A stretch of DNA of 64,000 nt from an uncultured Solirubrobacteraceae bacterium (GCA_963724135.1 CAVRTA010000006.1:1301857-1365856); one strand, 5' to 3'; positions 36,541 through 45,965 are shown, counted from the stretch's first letter. A program made the numbers and translations. Notes: generated from the sequence alone by a model not told the origin.

Positions 36541-37208
36541 TGCTCGGCCGTCCGCGCCTGCACCTGCGCGCCGTCGACTCGACGAACACCAGGGCGCGCG
36601 AGCTCGCCGAGCAGGGCGCGCCGCACGGGGCGCTCGTGACCGCCACCGAGCAGACCGCCGGCCGCGGGCGCCAGGGGCGCACGTGGGTCGGCCCGCCCGG
36701 CAGCGCGCTGCTGATGTCGCTGATCGTGCGCGACCACGACGCGCTGTTGCCGCTGCGCGCGGGCCTCGCCGTGGCCGACGTCGCGGACGCCCGCGCCCGC
36801 GTCAAGTGGCCCAACGACGTGCTCGTCGACGGCCGCAAGGTCGCCGGCGTCCTCGTGGAGGGACGCCCCCAGGAGGGGTGGGCCGTGCTCGGCATCGGCG
36901 TCAACGTCGCCGTCGCCGTCGCCGACCTGCCGGTGGAGCTGAGCGAGAGCGCGGGCACGCTGGGCAGGCGCACGGACGACCTCGAGCCGTTCCTGGCCGA
37001 GCTGCTCGCCGCGCTCGAGGCGCGCCTGCTCGAGCCCTCGCCCGACACCATCACCGCGCTGCGCGCTCGTGACGCCCTGCTCGAACGGATCGTCCGCTGG
37101 GACGACCGGGCCGGCACCGGGGCGGGCATCGACGAACAGGGCCGGCTGCTGGTCGCGACCGACAGCGAGCTGGTGGCGCTCGAGTCGGGAGAGGTGCACC
37201 TAGGGTGA
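36540..37208 (+). CDS. birA: biotin--[acetyl-CoA-carboxylase] ligase (no N-terminal HTH)
   Basis: ATG 36540 overlaps the upstream stop. EQTAGRGRQGRTW, KWPNDVLVDGRKVAGVL and GIGVN are present. Confidence 0.85.
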   Translation: MLGRPRLHLRAVDSTNTRARELAEQGAPHGALVTATEQTAGRGRQGRTWVGPPGSALLMSLIVRDHDALLPLRAGLAVADVADARARVKWPNDVLVDGRKVAGVLVEGRPQEGWAVLGIGVNVAVAVADLPVELSESAGTLGRRTDDLEPFLAELLAALEARLLEPSPDTITALRARDALLERIVRWDDRAGTGAGIDEQGRLLVATDSELVALESGEVHLG

Positions 37209-37492
37209 GCAGCGTGGAGCTCCCGACCGGGCGCATCACCATCCCCGAGGGCGTCGTGCGCCGCGCGTTCGGCGAGGACCGCGTCCTCCTCAGCCTCGCC
37301 ACCGGCCATTACCACGGGCTCAACGCGACCGGTGGCCACATGCTCGCGCTGCTCGAGGAGACCGGCGACGCCGAGGAGACCGCGCGGCGGACCTCCGAGG
37401 ACCTCGGCGAGCCGATCGACCGCGTGCGCCATGACCTCGCCGCGCTCTGCCAGGCACTGGCCGAGCGGGGGTTGATCGAGGTCGCCGAGTAG
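37205..37492 (+). CDS. PqqD-family (RRE-like) small protein
   Basis: 95 aa. ..LLSLATGHYHGLNATGGHMLALLEETGDAEE...DLAALCQALAERGLIEV matches the PqqD-family pattern from memory. GTGA overlap with birA. Confidence 0.6.
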   Translation: MSSVELPTGRITIPEGVVRRAFGEDRVLLSLATGHYHGLNATGGHMLALLEETGDAEETARRTSEDLGEPIDRVRHDLAALCQALAERGLIEVAE

Positions 37493-37502
37493 CGTCTGGG
37501 CC

Positions 37503-38003
37503 ATGCGGTCGGACGAGCTACGCACGCTGCAGGCGCCGATCAAGGAGCGCTACCGCGAGGCGCCCGAGGCCGCGCTGGTGACGCTCGCGGCCGCCGGCAC
37601 GCTCGCCGACGGGATCGCCTGCTCGGTCCAGACCGGGCGCGCGATCGCCGAGGCGGGTCTGCACCCGGCCACCGGAGGCGACGGCTCCCAGCTCTGCTCT
37701 GGTGACATGCTGCTCGAAGCGCTCGTGGCCTGCGCCGGCGTGACGCTGCGCTCGGTGGCCACCGCGCTGGACATCGGTCTGCGCGGCGGCACCGTACGTG
37801 CGGAGGGGGACCTCGACTTCCGCGGGACGCTGGGCGTCGACCGCGAGGCGCCGGTCGGCTTCGCCGCGATCCGGCTCACGTTCGAGCTCGACACGGACGC
37901 CGACGAGGAGCAGCTCGCGACGCTGCTGCGGCTGACCGAGCGCTACTGCGTCGTGTTGCAGACGCTCACGCGCACGCCGGCGCTCAGCTGCGAGATCGCT
38001 TAG
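37503..38003 (+). CDS. OsmC-family peroxiredoxin-like protein
   Basis: Two conserved Cys contexts (LCSGDMLLEAL, ERYCVVLQT). 166 aa. Confidence 0.75.
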   Translation: MRSDELRTLQAPIKERYREAPEAALVTLAAAGTLADGIACSVQTGRAIAEAGLHPATGGDGSQLCSGDMLLEALVACAGVTLRSVATALDIGLRGGTVRAEGDLDFRGTLGVDREAPVGFAAIRLTFELDTDADEEQLATLLRLTERYCVVLQTLTRTPALSCEIA

Positions 38004-40432
38004 GCCGCTTCGCGGTCGGGATCGGCGTCGACGGTCGTCGTCGCGTTCTCCTCGACCTGAGGCGCGCCGTTGTCCGCGCCGGCGGGCTTGCGCCGCCGCG
38101 AGCGCCGGCGCTTGGACTTGCCGCCCTTGGGCAGGTTGCGCAGCAGCTCGCGCGCAAGAGCGCCGGGCTTGCGCGACATGCGCATACGCGCGCCGTTGAC
38201 GACCTCGCCCGCTTCCGGCGTGTGCGGCAGCGCAGCGGCGAGCAGTGCGGCGGCGAGGCGGCGGTCCTGCTGGCGTGCGGCCTGCACGAGCCGGCGCGCG
38301 TTGCGCGCGTGCGCCCCGCCGGACGAGTTCACGAGCAGGCCGAGCAGCCGCTTGGTCTCCGGCCAGCGCTGGACCGCGTACTCCTCGTGGACCTCGCGCG
38401 TGTACTCGGCGCAGCGCCAGATCCAGTTGTTGGCCTGGTCGCGACGACCGAGCCGGTTCTCGGCCAGCGCGCTGAGGATGATCTTCACGCCCTCGCGCTT
38501 GTCGTCGCGCGGCCAGTTGCCGACCATCTCGACCGCCCGGTCGAAGGCCTCGTCGTCCTTGGCCGCGGCGATCTCCTGGAGCGCTCGCATTCTCAGCTGC
38601 GGGTTCTTGTTGCGCTCGAGCGCCGTGATCAGGAAGGTCCGCTTGAGCTCGCCCTGCTGGTCGAAGTGCAGCATCGCGCGGGCGCGCCGCCAGCCCGTGG
38701 GCGCGACGCGCGCGCCCGCCAGCGCCGCCCACTGGATCTGCTCGCCGTAGTCGAGGTGCTCGACGGCGATCCGCCACAGCTCGCGCTCGAAGACCTCGAT
38801 GCGGCGGGTCTCGTCCGCCGTCACGGGCAGCACGCGGCGCTCGACGCGCAGGCGCCGCCCGCGGCCGCGGCGCACCGGGCCGACGACAATCGCGCCGCCG
38901 CGATACACGTCGCGGTCGAGCAGGGAGTGCAGCGTGACGACGGGGTCGTCGTGCTTGGTGCCCGGCGCGACGAAGTCGACGACGATGCCGGCCTCCTTGC
39001 CCTGGTGGCGGCGCGTGACGCGCCCGACCCGCTGCTGGTAGATGCGCCGCGAGGCGGTCGGAGCCAGGTGGACGCAGACCGTCGCCCGGGGCGAGTTCCA
39101 GCCCTCGGCGAGCAGCTGCGCGTTGACGAGCACGTCGATGTCGCCGCGCTCGTAGGCGGCCAGGATCTCCGCCAGCTCTCGCTTGGGTGTCTCGCCCGAC
39201 ACGCCCTGCGCCTTGATGCCCGACTCGCGGAAGGCCTCGGCGACGTTCATCGCGTGCCGCACGCCCGCCGCGTACACGACCCCGGGAACGCCGTTGAAGC
39301 GCGTCTTGTAGAGGTCGGCGATCGCCATGTTGAAGGGCAGGATGTCCAGCATCTCGGCCAGCATCTCCTGGTCGAACTCCATGTCCACCTCGCCCTTGCG
39401 CAGCGGCACCTTGGCGATGTTGCGGACGTTCTTCCCAGGCGGGATGCGCACGCAGCGCAACGGCGAGATCACGCCGCGGCGCGCCGCCTGCGCGAGGTCG
39501 AAGCGCGACGTCTGCGTCGGGAACAGGTCGGTGACGTGGCGGGCGATCAGCGCGCCCGTCGCGGTCATGCCGATGAAGATCGGCTCGGACCACTTGCGGA
39601 TCGCGGCCGAGGTCTTCTCGCCCAGCGCGGTGTGGGCCTCGTCGCAGATGACGATCGAGTAGGCGTCGGAGACGTTGCCGGCGTGGCGGACGAACCACTG
39701 GTAGGTCTCGACGGTGACCGGGCCGATCGAGGAGTCCTGGCCGCGCAGGAGCGGCCCGTGGATCCGGTCGCGGTAGCCGCGGTCGCGCAGCTCGCCCAGG
39801 AACTGGTCCACGAGGTTGCGGCGGTGGGTGAGGATCAGGATGCCGGCGGTCCGCGACGCCTCGACGAAGCCGAGCGCGGCGACCGTCTTACCGGCGCCGG
39901 TCGCGTGCTCGAACCAGAAGCGCTTGCCGGCGTTGGGATCCTCGGGGGCCTCCGGGAGCTGCTCGTCGTCGTCGACCGGGCCGTCGTCGGCCCAGTCCTG
40001 GGGCTCCTCGTCCTCCTCCTCGACGCCCTCGGGGAGCGCCGGCGCCTCCACGTCGGGCGGCGGCATCGCCGGCTCGAGGTGCTGGGCCTCGGCCAGCAGC
40101 GCGGTCAGCGTGCCCGACAGCGCATCGACCTGGTGCGCAGAGAGGACCGTGCCATCGACGAGCTTGGGCTCGTCCTCGCCGAGCAGGCGCTCGAGCCCGA
40201 GCAGCAGCGAGAACGTCCGCCGCCACTCCACCGAGGGATTGGCGGCACCGGCATCGACCTCCGCCAGCGCCGCGTCGAACGCCAGGCGCCGCGGTGAATC
40301 CGGGCCGAGCGCGTGCGCGACCTCCTCGCCTTCGAGCACGAACGGTTCACGGGTGAACTGCTGCACCCGCTCGAGGTCCGTCAAAGACGGCAGGGAAGCG
40401 GCCGTGGAGGCCACTGCTGTGGAGTCAGCCAT
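38000..40432 (-). CDS. SF2 DEAD/DEAH-type helicase (ResIII plus Helicase_C) with N- and C-terminal extensions
   Basis: ATG 40432 (MADSTAV..) lies inside ORF 38000..40774. Walker A is HATGAGKT, motif II is ICDEAH, motif III is MTAT, and motif VI is QQRVGRVTRR. There is an acidic insert (EEEDEEPQDWADDGPVDDDE) before motif I. The C-terminal domain is about 300 aa and ends in a Lys/Arg-rich tail. Confidence 0.85.
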   Translation of the reverse strand: MADSTAVASTAASLPSLTDLERVQQFTREPFVLEGEEVAHALGPDSPRRLAFDAALAEVDAGAANPSVEWRRTFSLLLGLERLLGEDEPKLVDGTVLSAHQVDALSGTLTALLAEAQHLEPAMPPPDVEAPALPEGVEEEDEEPQDWADDGPVDDDEQLPEAPEDPNAGKRFWFEHATGAGKTVAALGFVEASRTAGILILTHRRNLVDQFLGELRDRGYRDRIHGPLLRGQDSSIGPVTVETYQWFVRHAGNVSDAYSIVICDEAHTALGEKTSAAIRKWSEPIFIGMTATGALIARHVTDLFPTQTSRFDLAQAARRGVISPLRCVRIPPGKNVRNIAKVPLRKGEVDMEFDQEMLAEMLDILPFNMAIADLYKTRFNGVPGVVYAAGVRHAMNVAEAFRESGIKAQGVSGETPKRELAEILAAYERGDIDVLVNAQLLAEGWNSPRATVCVHLAPTASRRIYQQRVGRVTRRHQGKEAGIVVDFVAPGTKHDDPVVTLHSLLDRDVYRGGAIVVGPVRRGRGRRLRVERRVLPVTADETRRIEVFERELWRIAVEHLDYGEQIQWAALAGARVAPTGWRRARAMLHFDQQGELKRTFLITALERNKNPQLRMRALQEIAAAKDDEAFDRAVEMVGNWPRDDKREGVKIILSALAENRLGRRDQANNWIWRCAEYTREVHEEYAVQRWPETKRLLGLLVNSSGGAHARNARRLVQAARQQDRRLAAALLAAALPHTPEAGEVVNGARMRMSRKPGALARELLRNLPKGGKSKRRRSRRRKPAGADNGAPQVEENATTTVDADPDREAA

Positions 40433-40568
40433 CGAGGCTCGTAAGTCGTACGTTGTCGGCGCCCTGGAGAGGTGACGCCGAAGGGTGCGCGGTCGTGGGC
40501 CTAAATGGAGCCGGCACGAGGTGTGCGCACCCCCCATTGAAGCAGATCGCCGACCTACCCTGACTGCG

Positions 40569-41150
40569 ATGCGCCGGGCAGCTCCCTTCTTGGCCGCGGC
40601 CGCGGTGGCGGCGATCGTCGTGATCGGACTGCTACAGGCAGGCGGCGGCGGCGACACGGACGAGGGGCTGCCACCGTTCGAGATCGACGCCGGCCTGCGC
40701 GAGCTCAGGGGCGCACCCCCCCGGCTGGCCTCGCTGCACGCGCAGCACAGCCAACTGCTCGGCGGCGGGGTCAAGGCGCTGCGCGCCCGGCTCGAGCAGC
40801 TGCGTGGTCATCCGATCGTGATCAACGTCTGGGGCTCGTGGTGCACGCCCTGCCGGCAGGAGTTCCCGATCCTCCAGCACGCCGGAGCCCGATACGGCAA
40901 GCGCATCGCGTTCCTCGGCGTCGACACGATCGACCCGATCGATGCCGCGCGCGAGTTCCTGCGCGATTTTCCGGTCCCCTTCCCCTCCTACCGCGACCCC
41001 CACGGCGAGCTCGTGCAGGACCTCGGCGCCCCGGGGGGCGCGCCGGTCATGCTCTACCTCGACGAGCAGGGCGAGACAGCGTTCATCCATCAGGGCCAGT
41101 ACCGGACGCTCGCCGACTTCGAGGCCGACATCGAGCGCTACCTGCTTTGA
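40569..41150 (+). CDS. TlpA/ResA-like thiol:disulfide oxidoreductase (membrane anchored)
   Basis: ATG 40569 ([22 protein letters not shown]) lies inside ORF 40485..41150. It carries the VWGSWCTPC redox motif. Confidence 0.8.
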   Translation: MRRAAPFLAAAAVAAIVVIGLLQAGGGGDTDEGLPPFEIDAGLRELRGAPPRLASLHAQHSQLLGGGVKALRARLEQLRGHPIVINVWGSWCTPCRQEFPILQHAGARYGKRIAFLGVDTIDPIDAAREFLRDFPVPFPSYRDPHGELVQDLGAPGGAPVMLYLDEQGETAFIHQGQYRTLADFEADIERYLL

Positions 41151-41563
41151 GGGCGCTCGTGCAGCGCGTCGCGTCGGCGAGCGTGACCGTCGACGGCGAG
41201 GAGGTCGCCGCCATCGGTCCCGGCCTGCTCGTCCTGCTCGGCATCACCCACGCCGACGACGCTGCGACGGCCGACCGCATCGCGGACAAGGTTCGCGCGC
41301 TGCGCGTCTTCCCGGACGCCGACGGGCGCATGAACGAGCCGCTCGGAGACCGCGAGGTGCTCGTCGTCTCGCAGTTCACGCTCTACGGCGACGCGAGCAA
41401 GGGCACCCGGCCGAGCTTCGTCGCCGCCGCCCCGCCCGAGCACGCCGAGCCGCTCTATGAGCGCTTTCGGGAGCGACTCGGAGCGAAGGGGGGAGTGTTC
41501 GGCGCCCACATGCAGGTCGCGCTCGTCAACGACGGCCCGGTCACCGTCCTCGTCGAGTCCTGA
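41147..41563 (+). CDS. dtd: D-aminoacyl-tRNA deacylase
   Basis: TTG 41147 gives (M)RALVQRV, the conserved Dtd N-terminus. [14 protein letters not shown] and NDGPVT are present. TTGA overlap with the upstream stop. Confidence 0.85.
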   Translation: MRALVQRVASASVTVDGEEVAAIGPGLLVLLGITHADDAATADRIADKVRALRVFPDADGRMNEPLGDREVLVVSQFTLYGDASKGTRPSFVAAAPPEHAEPLYERFRERLGAKGGVFGAHMQVALVNDGPVTVLVES

Positions 41564-41591
41564 GACAAAAGGGACTGTCCCTTTTGTCTCA
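41561..41591. repeat. palindromic element copy E: TGAGACAAAAGGGAC-T-GTCCCTTTTGTCTCA
   Basis: A perfect 15-bp palindrome arm. The first triplet is the dtd stop codon. Confidence 0.85.
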
Positions 41592-41607
41592 GCGGTAGGG
41601 TCTCGCG

Positions 41608-42216
41608 ATGCCGCCTGAGGAACGTCTTGTCGTGCGCTTCGGTGCTGAGCCGCCGCAGGAGATGCTTCCTAGCGGGCGCTGGGCGGAGACGCTGCGGGGC
41701 GAGTTCATGGCCGCGTGTCTGACCTTTGACGAGGACGTGGGCGAGATCCCCGCGGAGCTCGACTGGCATCCCGACCGCACGTGGGCGGGGCGTACCTACG
41801 TCCCCGTGACCGCGCGCACGAGCACAGGGCTGGACGTCTTCGGTTACGTCTCCTACACACCGGCCGACGACCAGCATCCCGAGCCGGCCGACTTCCACGC
41901 GACGGCCGACTTCACCGACGAGACCGCCGAGGCCAACCCCGACTGGAAGCTCGACCTCTGCGACGAGGTGATCGGCGGATGGCGCGGCGAGCACGGCAAG
42001 GTCGCCGCGATGACGCTGGTGTGGGGCCGCGCGCTGACCGGCGGGGGACACGCGGTCACGGCGGAGCTGGCCGGCCTCGCGGTCGACCAGTGCGCGCTGG
42101 TGGACACGCGCTTCACGCTGATCGCCCCCGACAACTACAAGGGCGACTTCCTCGAGGTGCTCCTCTGGGACTCGCGCGCCAACGAGCTGGCCCGCGAGTC
42201 CCTGTACGAGGAGTGA
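41608..42216 (+). CDS. hypothetical protein
   Basis: 202 aa with coding-like GC3 bias. I recognised no motif. Confidence 0.55.
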   Translation: MPPEERLVVRFGAEPPQEMLPSGRWAETLRGEFMAACLTFDEDVGEIPAELDWHPDRTWAGRTYVPVTARTSTGLDVFGYVSYTPADDQHPEPADFHATADFTDETAEANPDWKLDLCDEVIGGWRGEHGKVAAMTLVWGRALTGGGHAVTAELAGLAVDQCALVDTRFTLIAPDNYKGDFLEVLLWDSRANELARESLYEE

Positions 42217-42226
42217 CGTCGCCCGC

Positions 42227-42246
42227 AGGCCGGCGCTTGCGCCGGC
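42227..42246. terminator. GC-rich hairpin GGCCGGCGC-TT-GCGCCGGCC between convergent genes
   Basis: Seen directly. It has a 9-bp stem (the innermost pair closes too small a loop, so the effective stem is ~8 bp) and no clear U-tract. Confidence 0.35.
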
Positions 42247-42264
42247 CGGCAGGGCGAGACATCG

Positions 42265-44082
42265 TCACTTCAGCGACGTGAAGCTCAGGTCGAGATTCGC
42301 GTTGTAGGCGTTCATCACCCCGGCGACGTCCTCGGACCAGATGGTGATGTTGTCGTCCCAGGTGGCCAGGATCGCCGGAGCCTCGTTGACGATCGCCCTG
42401 TTGGCGTCCGCCCAGGCCTGATCGCGCTCGGGGCCCGCGGGCGTGTCCTGCGCCTTCTCGATGGCGTCGTCGATCGCCTTCACGTCCAGCTGCGACCAGT
42501 TGACGTTGCCCGCCTGGCGGATCGCGCTCGAGTGGAAGACGGGAGCGATCAGCGTCTCCGCATCCGCGAAGTCCTTCAACCAGCCGACGCCGATTCCGAT
42601 CTCCGGCTGGTTCTTCGGCACGCCGAGGAACTTCGTGTAGAGCGTGTCCTGCGGGACCGCGCGGATCTTGACGTCGAGGCCGAGCTTGCTCAGGTCCTGC
42701 TGGATGCTCTCCGCCCCGCGGAGCGAGTCCGGCGAGTTGGCGACGACCACCTGGACCTCCTCGTCACCGGTGTACTTGCCGCCGTCGTCGACCGGAACCC
42801 CCTCCTCCTTGGCCTCGAGCATGTACTTCTTGGCCACGTCGGGGCAGCCGCCGTCGGCGCATTGCATCCAGTCGAACTCGGTGAACCCGTCCAGGCCACC
42901 GGACTCCTCATGGCCCGGCATGCCCGGCGGGATGACCGACTGCGCGATCGGGCCGATGAACTCGCCGCCCGCGATCTTGCGCAGCGCGATCCGGTCGGTG
43001 ATGGCGATCGCCGCCCGGCGGACGTCGACGTTGTCGAACGGCTTCTTCGTCGTGTTGATCGCCTCCCAGTGGGTGCCGCCGCCGTTGGCGCGGGCGTACT
43101 GGTCGGGCGTGCGTTCCAAGCGGGCCAGGATCTGCGCCGGTGGGTGCGACGAGTCGCCGCAGCAGACCATGTCCTCCCCCGACAGCGTGCGCCGCGAGGC
43201 GATCACCCCATCGGCGTTGCCCTCCTCGATGACGATCTTGTCGAGGTACGCCGGCCGGTAGTCGCCGGTCGCCTCGCCATCCCAGTTCGGGTTGCGCACG
43301 ATCGTGACCCGCTTGCCCGCCTCACGACCGGTCACCTCACCCGTCTTCGGGTCGTTCTCGATCATGTACGGCCCGCTGAAGGCGGCGTACTGGTCGTAGT
43401 CGGTCGGCGACTTCTTGTCGAACTTCGCCGCATACTCCTGGGGCACGGGCGCCGTGATCGGCATCACCAGCGCGCCGGTGAGCAGCCCCGCGCGCGGCTC
43501 GGTGAGCTTGATCACCAGGGTGTTGTCGTCCGGCGTCTCGAGGCCGCTGAACGGCTCGAGCTCGGAAATCTTCACCGGCTCCTCCGGCGCTCCCTCGATC
43601 GTGCTGAAGTACGTGAAGGCATAGCCCGACGGGACGTTGGACGTGAAGGCACGCTCGATCGCGTACTTGACGTCCTGCGACTTGACCTCACGGTCGACCG
43701 GCGGCGCGTACCTGACGCCCGGCCGGATCCTGATCGTGATCGTCTTCTGGTCCTCGGAGACCTCGGGCGGACCCTCGGCCAGATCGGGCACTGGGTTCTG
43801 GGAGTCGCCCGGCTTGAACGAGTACAGCGTGCGGTGGACCGCGGAAGCGACCTGGAAGCCGAACTGGTAGTAGGTCTGGCCCGGATCGACCCAGTCGATG
43901 TCGCCGTTGGACAGCATCGTCAGCGTGCCGCCCTTCTTGGCGTCCTCCGGGGCCGTGGTGTTGCCGGCCTCGCCGGCGCCCGTGGTCGGCTTGCTGCCGC
44001 CGTCGGAGCCGGAGTCGTCGCCGCCACAGCCGGCTCCCATGAGGGCAGCCGCAATGGCCAGCCCCAGAAACTGTCGTCCCAC
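42265..44082 (-). CDS. ABC transporter substrate-binding lipoprotein, peptide/nickel family 5 (paralogue 1)
   Basis: GTG 44082 follows AGGGAGG. The lipobox is LMGAGC. 605 aa, near-identical over long stretches to the next gene (GGTLTMLSNGDIDWVDPGQTYYQFGFQVA..). Confidence 0.85.
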   Translation of the reverse strand: MGRQFLGLAIAAALMGAGCGGDDSGSDGGSKPTTGAGEAGNTTAPEDAKKGGTLTMLSNGDIDWVDPGQTYYQFGFQVASAVHRTLYSFKPGDSQNPVPDLAEGPPEVSEDQKTITIRIRPGVRYAPPVDREVKSQDVKYAIERAFTSNVPSGYAFTYFSTIEGAPEEPVKISELEPFSGLETPDDNTLVIKLTEPRAGLLTGALVMPITAPVPQEYAAKFDKKSPTDYDQYAAFSGPYMIENDPKTGEVTGREAGKRVTIVRNPNWDGEATGDYRPAYLDKIVIEEGNADGVIASRRTLSGEDMVCCGDSSHPPAQILARLERTPDQYARANGGGTHWEAINTTKKPFDNVDVRRAAIAITDRIALRKIAGGEFIGPIAQSVIPPGMPGHEESGGLDGFTEFDWMQCADGGCPDVAKKYMLEAKEEGVPVDDGGKYTGDEEVQVVVANSPDSLRGAESIQQDLSKLGLDVKIRAVPQDTLYTKFLGVPKNQPEIGIGVGWLKDFADAETLIAPVFHSSAIRQAGNVNWSQLDVKAIDDAIEKAQDTPAGPERDQAWADANRAIVNEAPAILATWDDNITIWSEDVAGVMNAYNANLDLSFTSLK

Positions 44083-44106
44083 CCAACCCTCCCTGCTCGA
44101 CGAAGA

Positions 44107-44138
44107 AGCGGGCGGCGCCCCGAAGGGCGCCGCCCGCT
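44107..44138 (-). terminator. intercistronic 14-bp GC stem with a UUCG loop (on the mRNA strand)
   Basis: AGCGGGCGGCGCCC-CGAA-GGGCGCCGCCCGCT on the plus strand. It lies between the stop of paralogue 2 (44148) and the start of paralogue 1 (44082), has no U-tract, and is followed by an SD sequence. It may be a stabiliser or attenuator rather than a full terminator. Confidence 0.35.
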
Positions 44139-44147
44139 CCAACCTAC

Positions 44148-45965
44148 CTACTTCAGGGACGTGAAACTCAGGTCCCAGCTTGCGTTGTAGGAGCTCATCA
44201 CCCCGGCCACGTTCTTGGACTGGAGGTTGATGTTGTCGTCCCAGGTGGTCAGGATCGCGGGGGCCTCGTTGACGATCGCCTTGTTGGCGTCCGCCCAGGC
44301 CTGGTTGCGGTCCGGACCCGCCGGCGCGTCCTGCGCCTTCTTGACGGCCTCGTCGACCGCGTCCGATCGCAGCTGCGACCAGTTGACGTTGCCCGCCGGG
44401 CGGATCGTGCTCGACGGGAAGATCGGCGCGATCAGCGTCTCCGGATCCTGGAAGTCCTTGATCCAGCCGACGCCGACACCGATCGCCGGCTGGTTCTTGG
44501 GCACGCCCAGGAACTTCGTGTAGAGCGTGTCCTGTGGGACTCCGCGGATCTTGACGTCGAGGCCGAGCTGGCTCAGGTCCTGCTGCAGGCTCTCCGCCTG
44601 ACGGACTCCATCCGGCGTGTTGGAGACGACGATCGTCAGCTCCTCGTCGCCGGTGTACTTGCCGTCGGCGTCGACCGGAACCCCTTCCTTCTTGGCCTCG
44701 AGCATGTACTTCGTGGCCACGTCGGGGCAGCCGCCGTCGGCGCACTGCATCCAGTCGAACTCGGTGAAGCCGTCGACGCCGCCGGACTCCTCGTGGCCCG
44801 GCATGCCGGGCGGGATGAACGACTGCGCGATCGGGCCGATGAACTCGCCGCCCGCGATCTTGCGGATGGCGAAGCGGTCGGTGATCGCGATCATCGCGCG
44901 GCGCACGTTGACGTTGTCCAGCGGCTCGAGCGTCGTGTTCAGCGCCTCCCAGTGCGCGCCGCCTCCGTTGGCCCGCGCGTACTGGTCGGGCGTCCGCTCC
45001 AGGCGGGCCAGGATCTGCGCCGGCGGCTGCGACGAGTCGCCGCAGCAGACCAGGCTCTCGCCCGACAGCGTCCGCCGTGACGCGATGACCTCGTCCGCGT
45101 TGCCCTCCTCGATGACGATCGAGTCCAGGTAGGCCGGCCGGTAGTCGCCGGTCGCCTCGCCGTCGGAGTTCGGGTTGCGCACGATCGTGATCCGCTTGCC
45201 CGCCTCACGACCGGTGACCTCACCCGTCTTCGGGTCGTTCTCGATCATGTACGGGCCGCTGAAGGCGGTGTACTGGTCGTAGTCGGTCGGCGACTTCTTG
45301 TCGAACTTGGCCGCGTACTCCTGCGGCACCGGCGCCGTGATCGGCATCACCAGCGCGCCCGTGAGCAGCGCCGCCCGCGGCTCTGAAAGCTTGATCACCA
45401 GCGTGTTGTCGTCGGGCGTCTGCAGCCCGCTGAACGGCTCGAGCTCGGACATCTTCACCGGCTCCTCAGGCGCACCCTCGATCGAGCTGAAGTAGCTGAA
45501 CGAGTAACCCGACGGGACGTTGGACGTGAACGCGCGCTCGATCGCGTACTTGACGTCCTGCGCCTTGACCTCACGGTCCACCGGCGGCGCGTACCTGACT
45601 CCCGGCCGGATCTTGATCGTGATCGTCTTCTGGTCCTCGGAGATCTCCGGCGGGCCCTCCGCGAGGTCCGGCACGGGGTTCTGGGAGTCGTCGGGCTCGA
45701 ACGAGTACAGCGTGCGGTGGACCGCGTAGGCGACCTGGAAGCCGAACTGGTAGTAGGTCTGGCCCGGATCGACCCAATCGATGTCGCCGTTGGACAGCAT
45801 CGTCAGCGTGCCGCCCTTCTTGGCGTCCTCCGGCGCAGTGGTCTTGTCGGCCTGGCCGGCGCCGGTCTTCGGTGCGCTGTCGCCACCGGAGCCGGAGTCG
45901 TCGCCGCCGCACCCGGCGGCGAGGAGGGCTGCCAGGAGCAGCAGCCCGAGGAGCAGTCGTTTCAT
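44148..45965 (-). CDS. ABC transporter substrate-binding lipoprotein, peptide/nickel family 5 (paralogue 2)
   Basis: ATG 45965 gives MKRLLLGLLLLAALLAAGC (lipobox). 605 aa; a tandem duplicate of 42265..44082. Confidence 0.9.
   Translation of the reverse strand: MKRLLLGLLLLAALLAAGCGGDDSGSGGDSAPKTGAGQADKTTAPEDAKKGGTLTMLSNGDIDWVDPGQTYYQFGFQVAYAVHRTLYSFEPDDSQNPVPDLAEGPPEISEDQKTITIKIRPGVRYAPPVDREVKAQDVKYAIERAFTSNVPSGYSFSYFSSIEGAPEEPVKMSELEPFSGLQTPDDNTLVIKLSEPRAALLTGALVMPITAPVPQEYAAKFDKKSPTDYDQYTAFSGPYMIENDPKTGEVTGREAGKRITIVRNPNSDGEATGDYRPAYLDSIVIEEGNADEVIASRRTLSGESLVCCGDSSQPPAQILARLERTPDQYARANGGGAHWEALNTTLEPLDNVNVRRAMIAITDRFAIRKIAGGEFIGPIAQSFIPPGMPGHEESGGVDGFTEFDWMQCADGGCPDVATKYMLEAKKEGVPVDADGKYTGDEELTIVVSNTPDGVRQAESLQQDLSQLGLDVKIRGVPQDTLYTKFLGVPKNQPAIGVGVGWIKDFQDPETLIAPIFPSSTIRPAGNVNWSQLRSDAVDEAVKKAQDAPAGPDRNQAWADANKAIVNEAPAILTTWDDNINLQSKNVAGVMSSYNASWDLSFTSLK

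Noticed and set aside
37205-37492. A PQQ biosynthesis or lasso-peptide cluster around the PqqD-like gene.
   Set aside because: There is no pqqA/B/C/E, no asparagine-synthetase-like cyclase and no transglutaminase-like leader peptidase adjacent. The transglutaminase-like gene at 52355 is a large membrane protein 15 kb away.
38000-40432. The helicase as part of a restriction or anti-phage defence system.
   Set aside because: It is monocistronic, flanked by housekeeping genes, and has no nuclease, methyltransferase, NTPase or effector partner.
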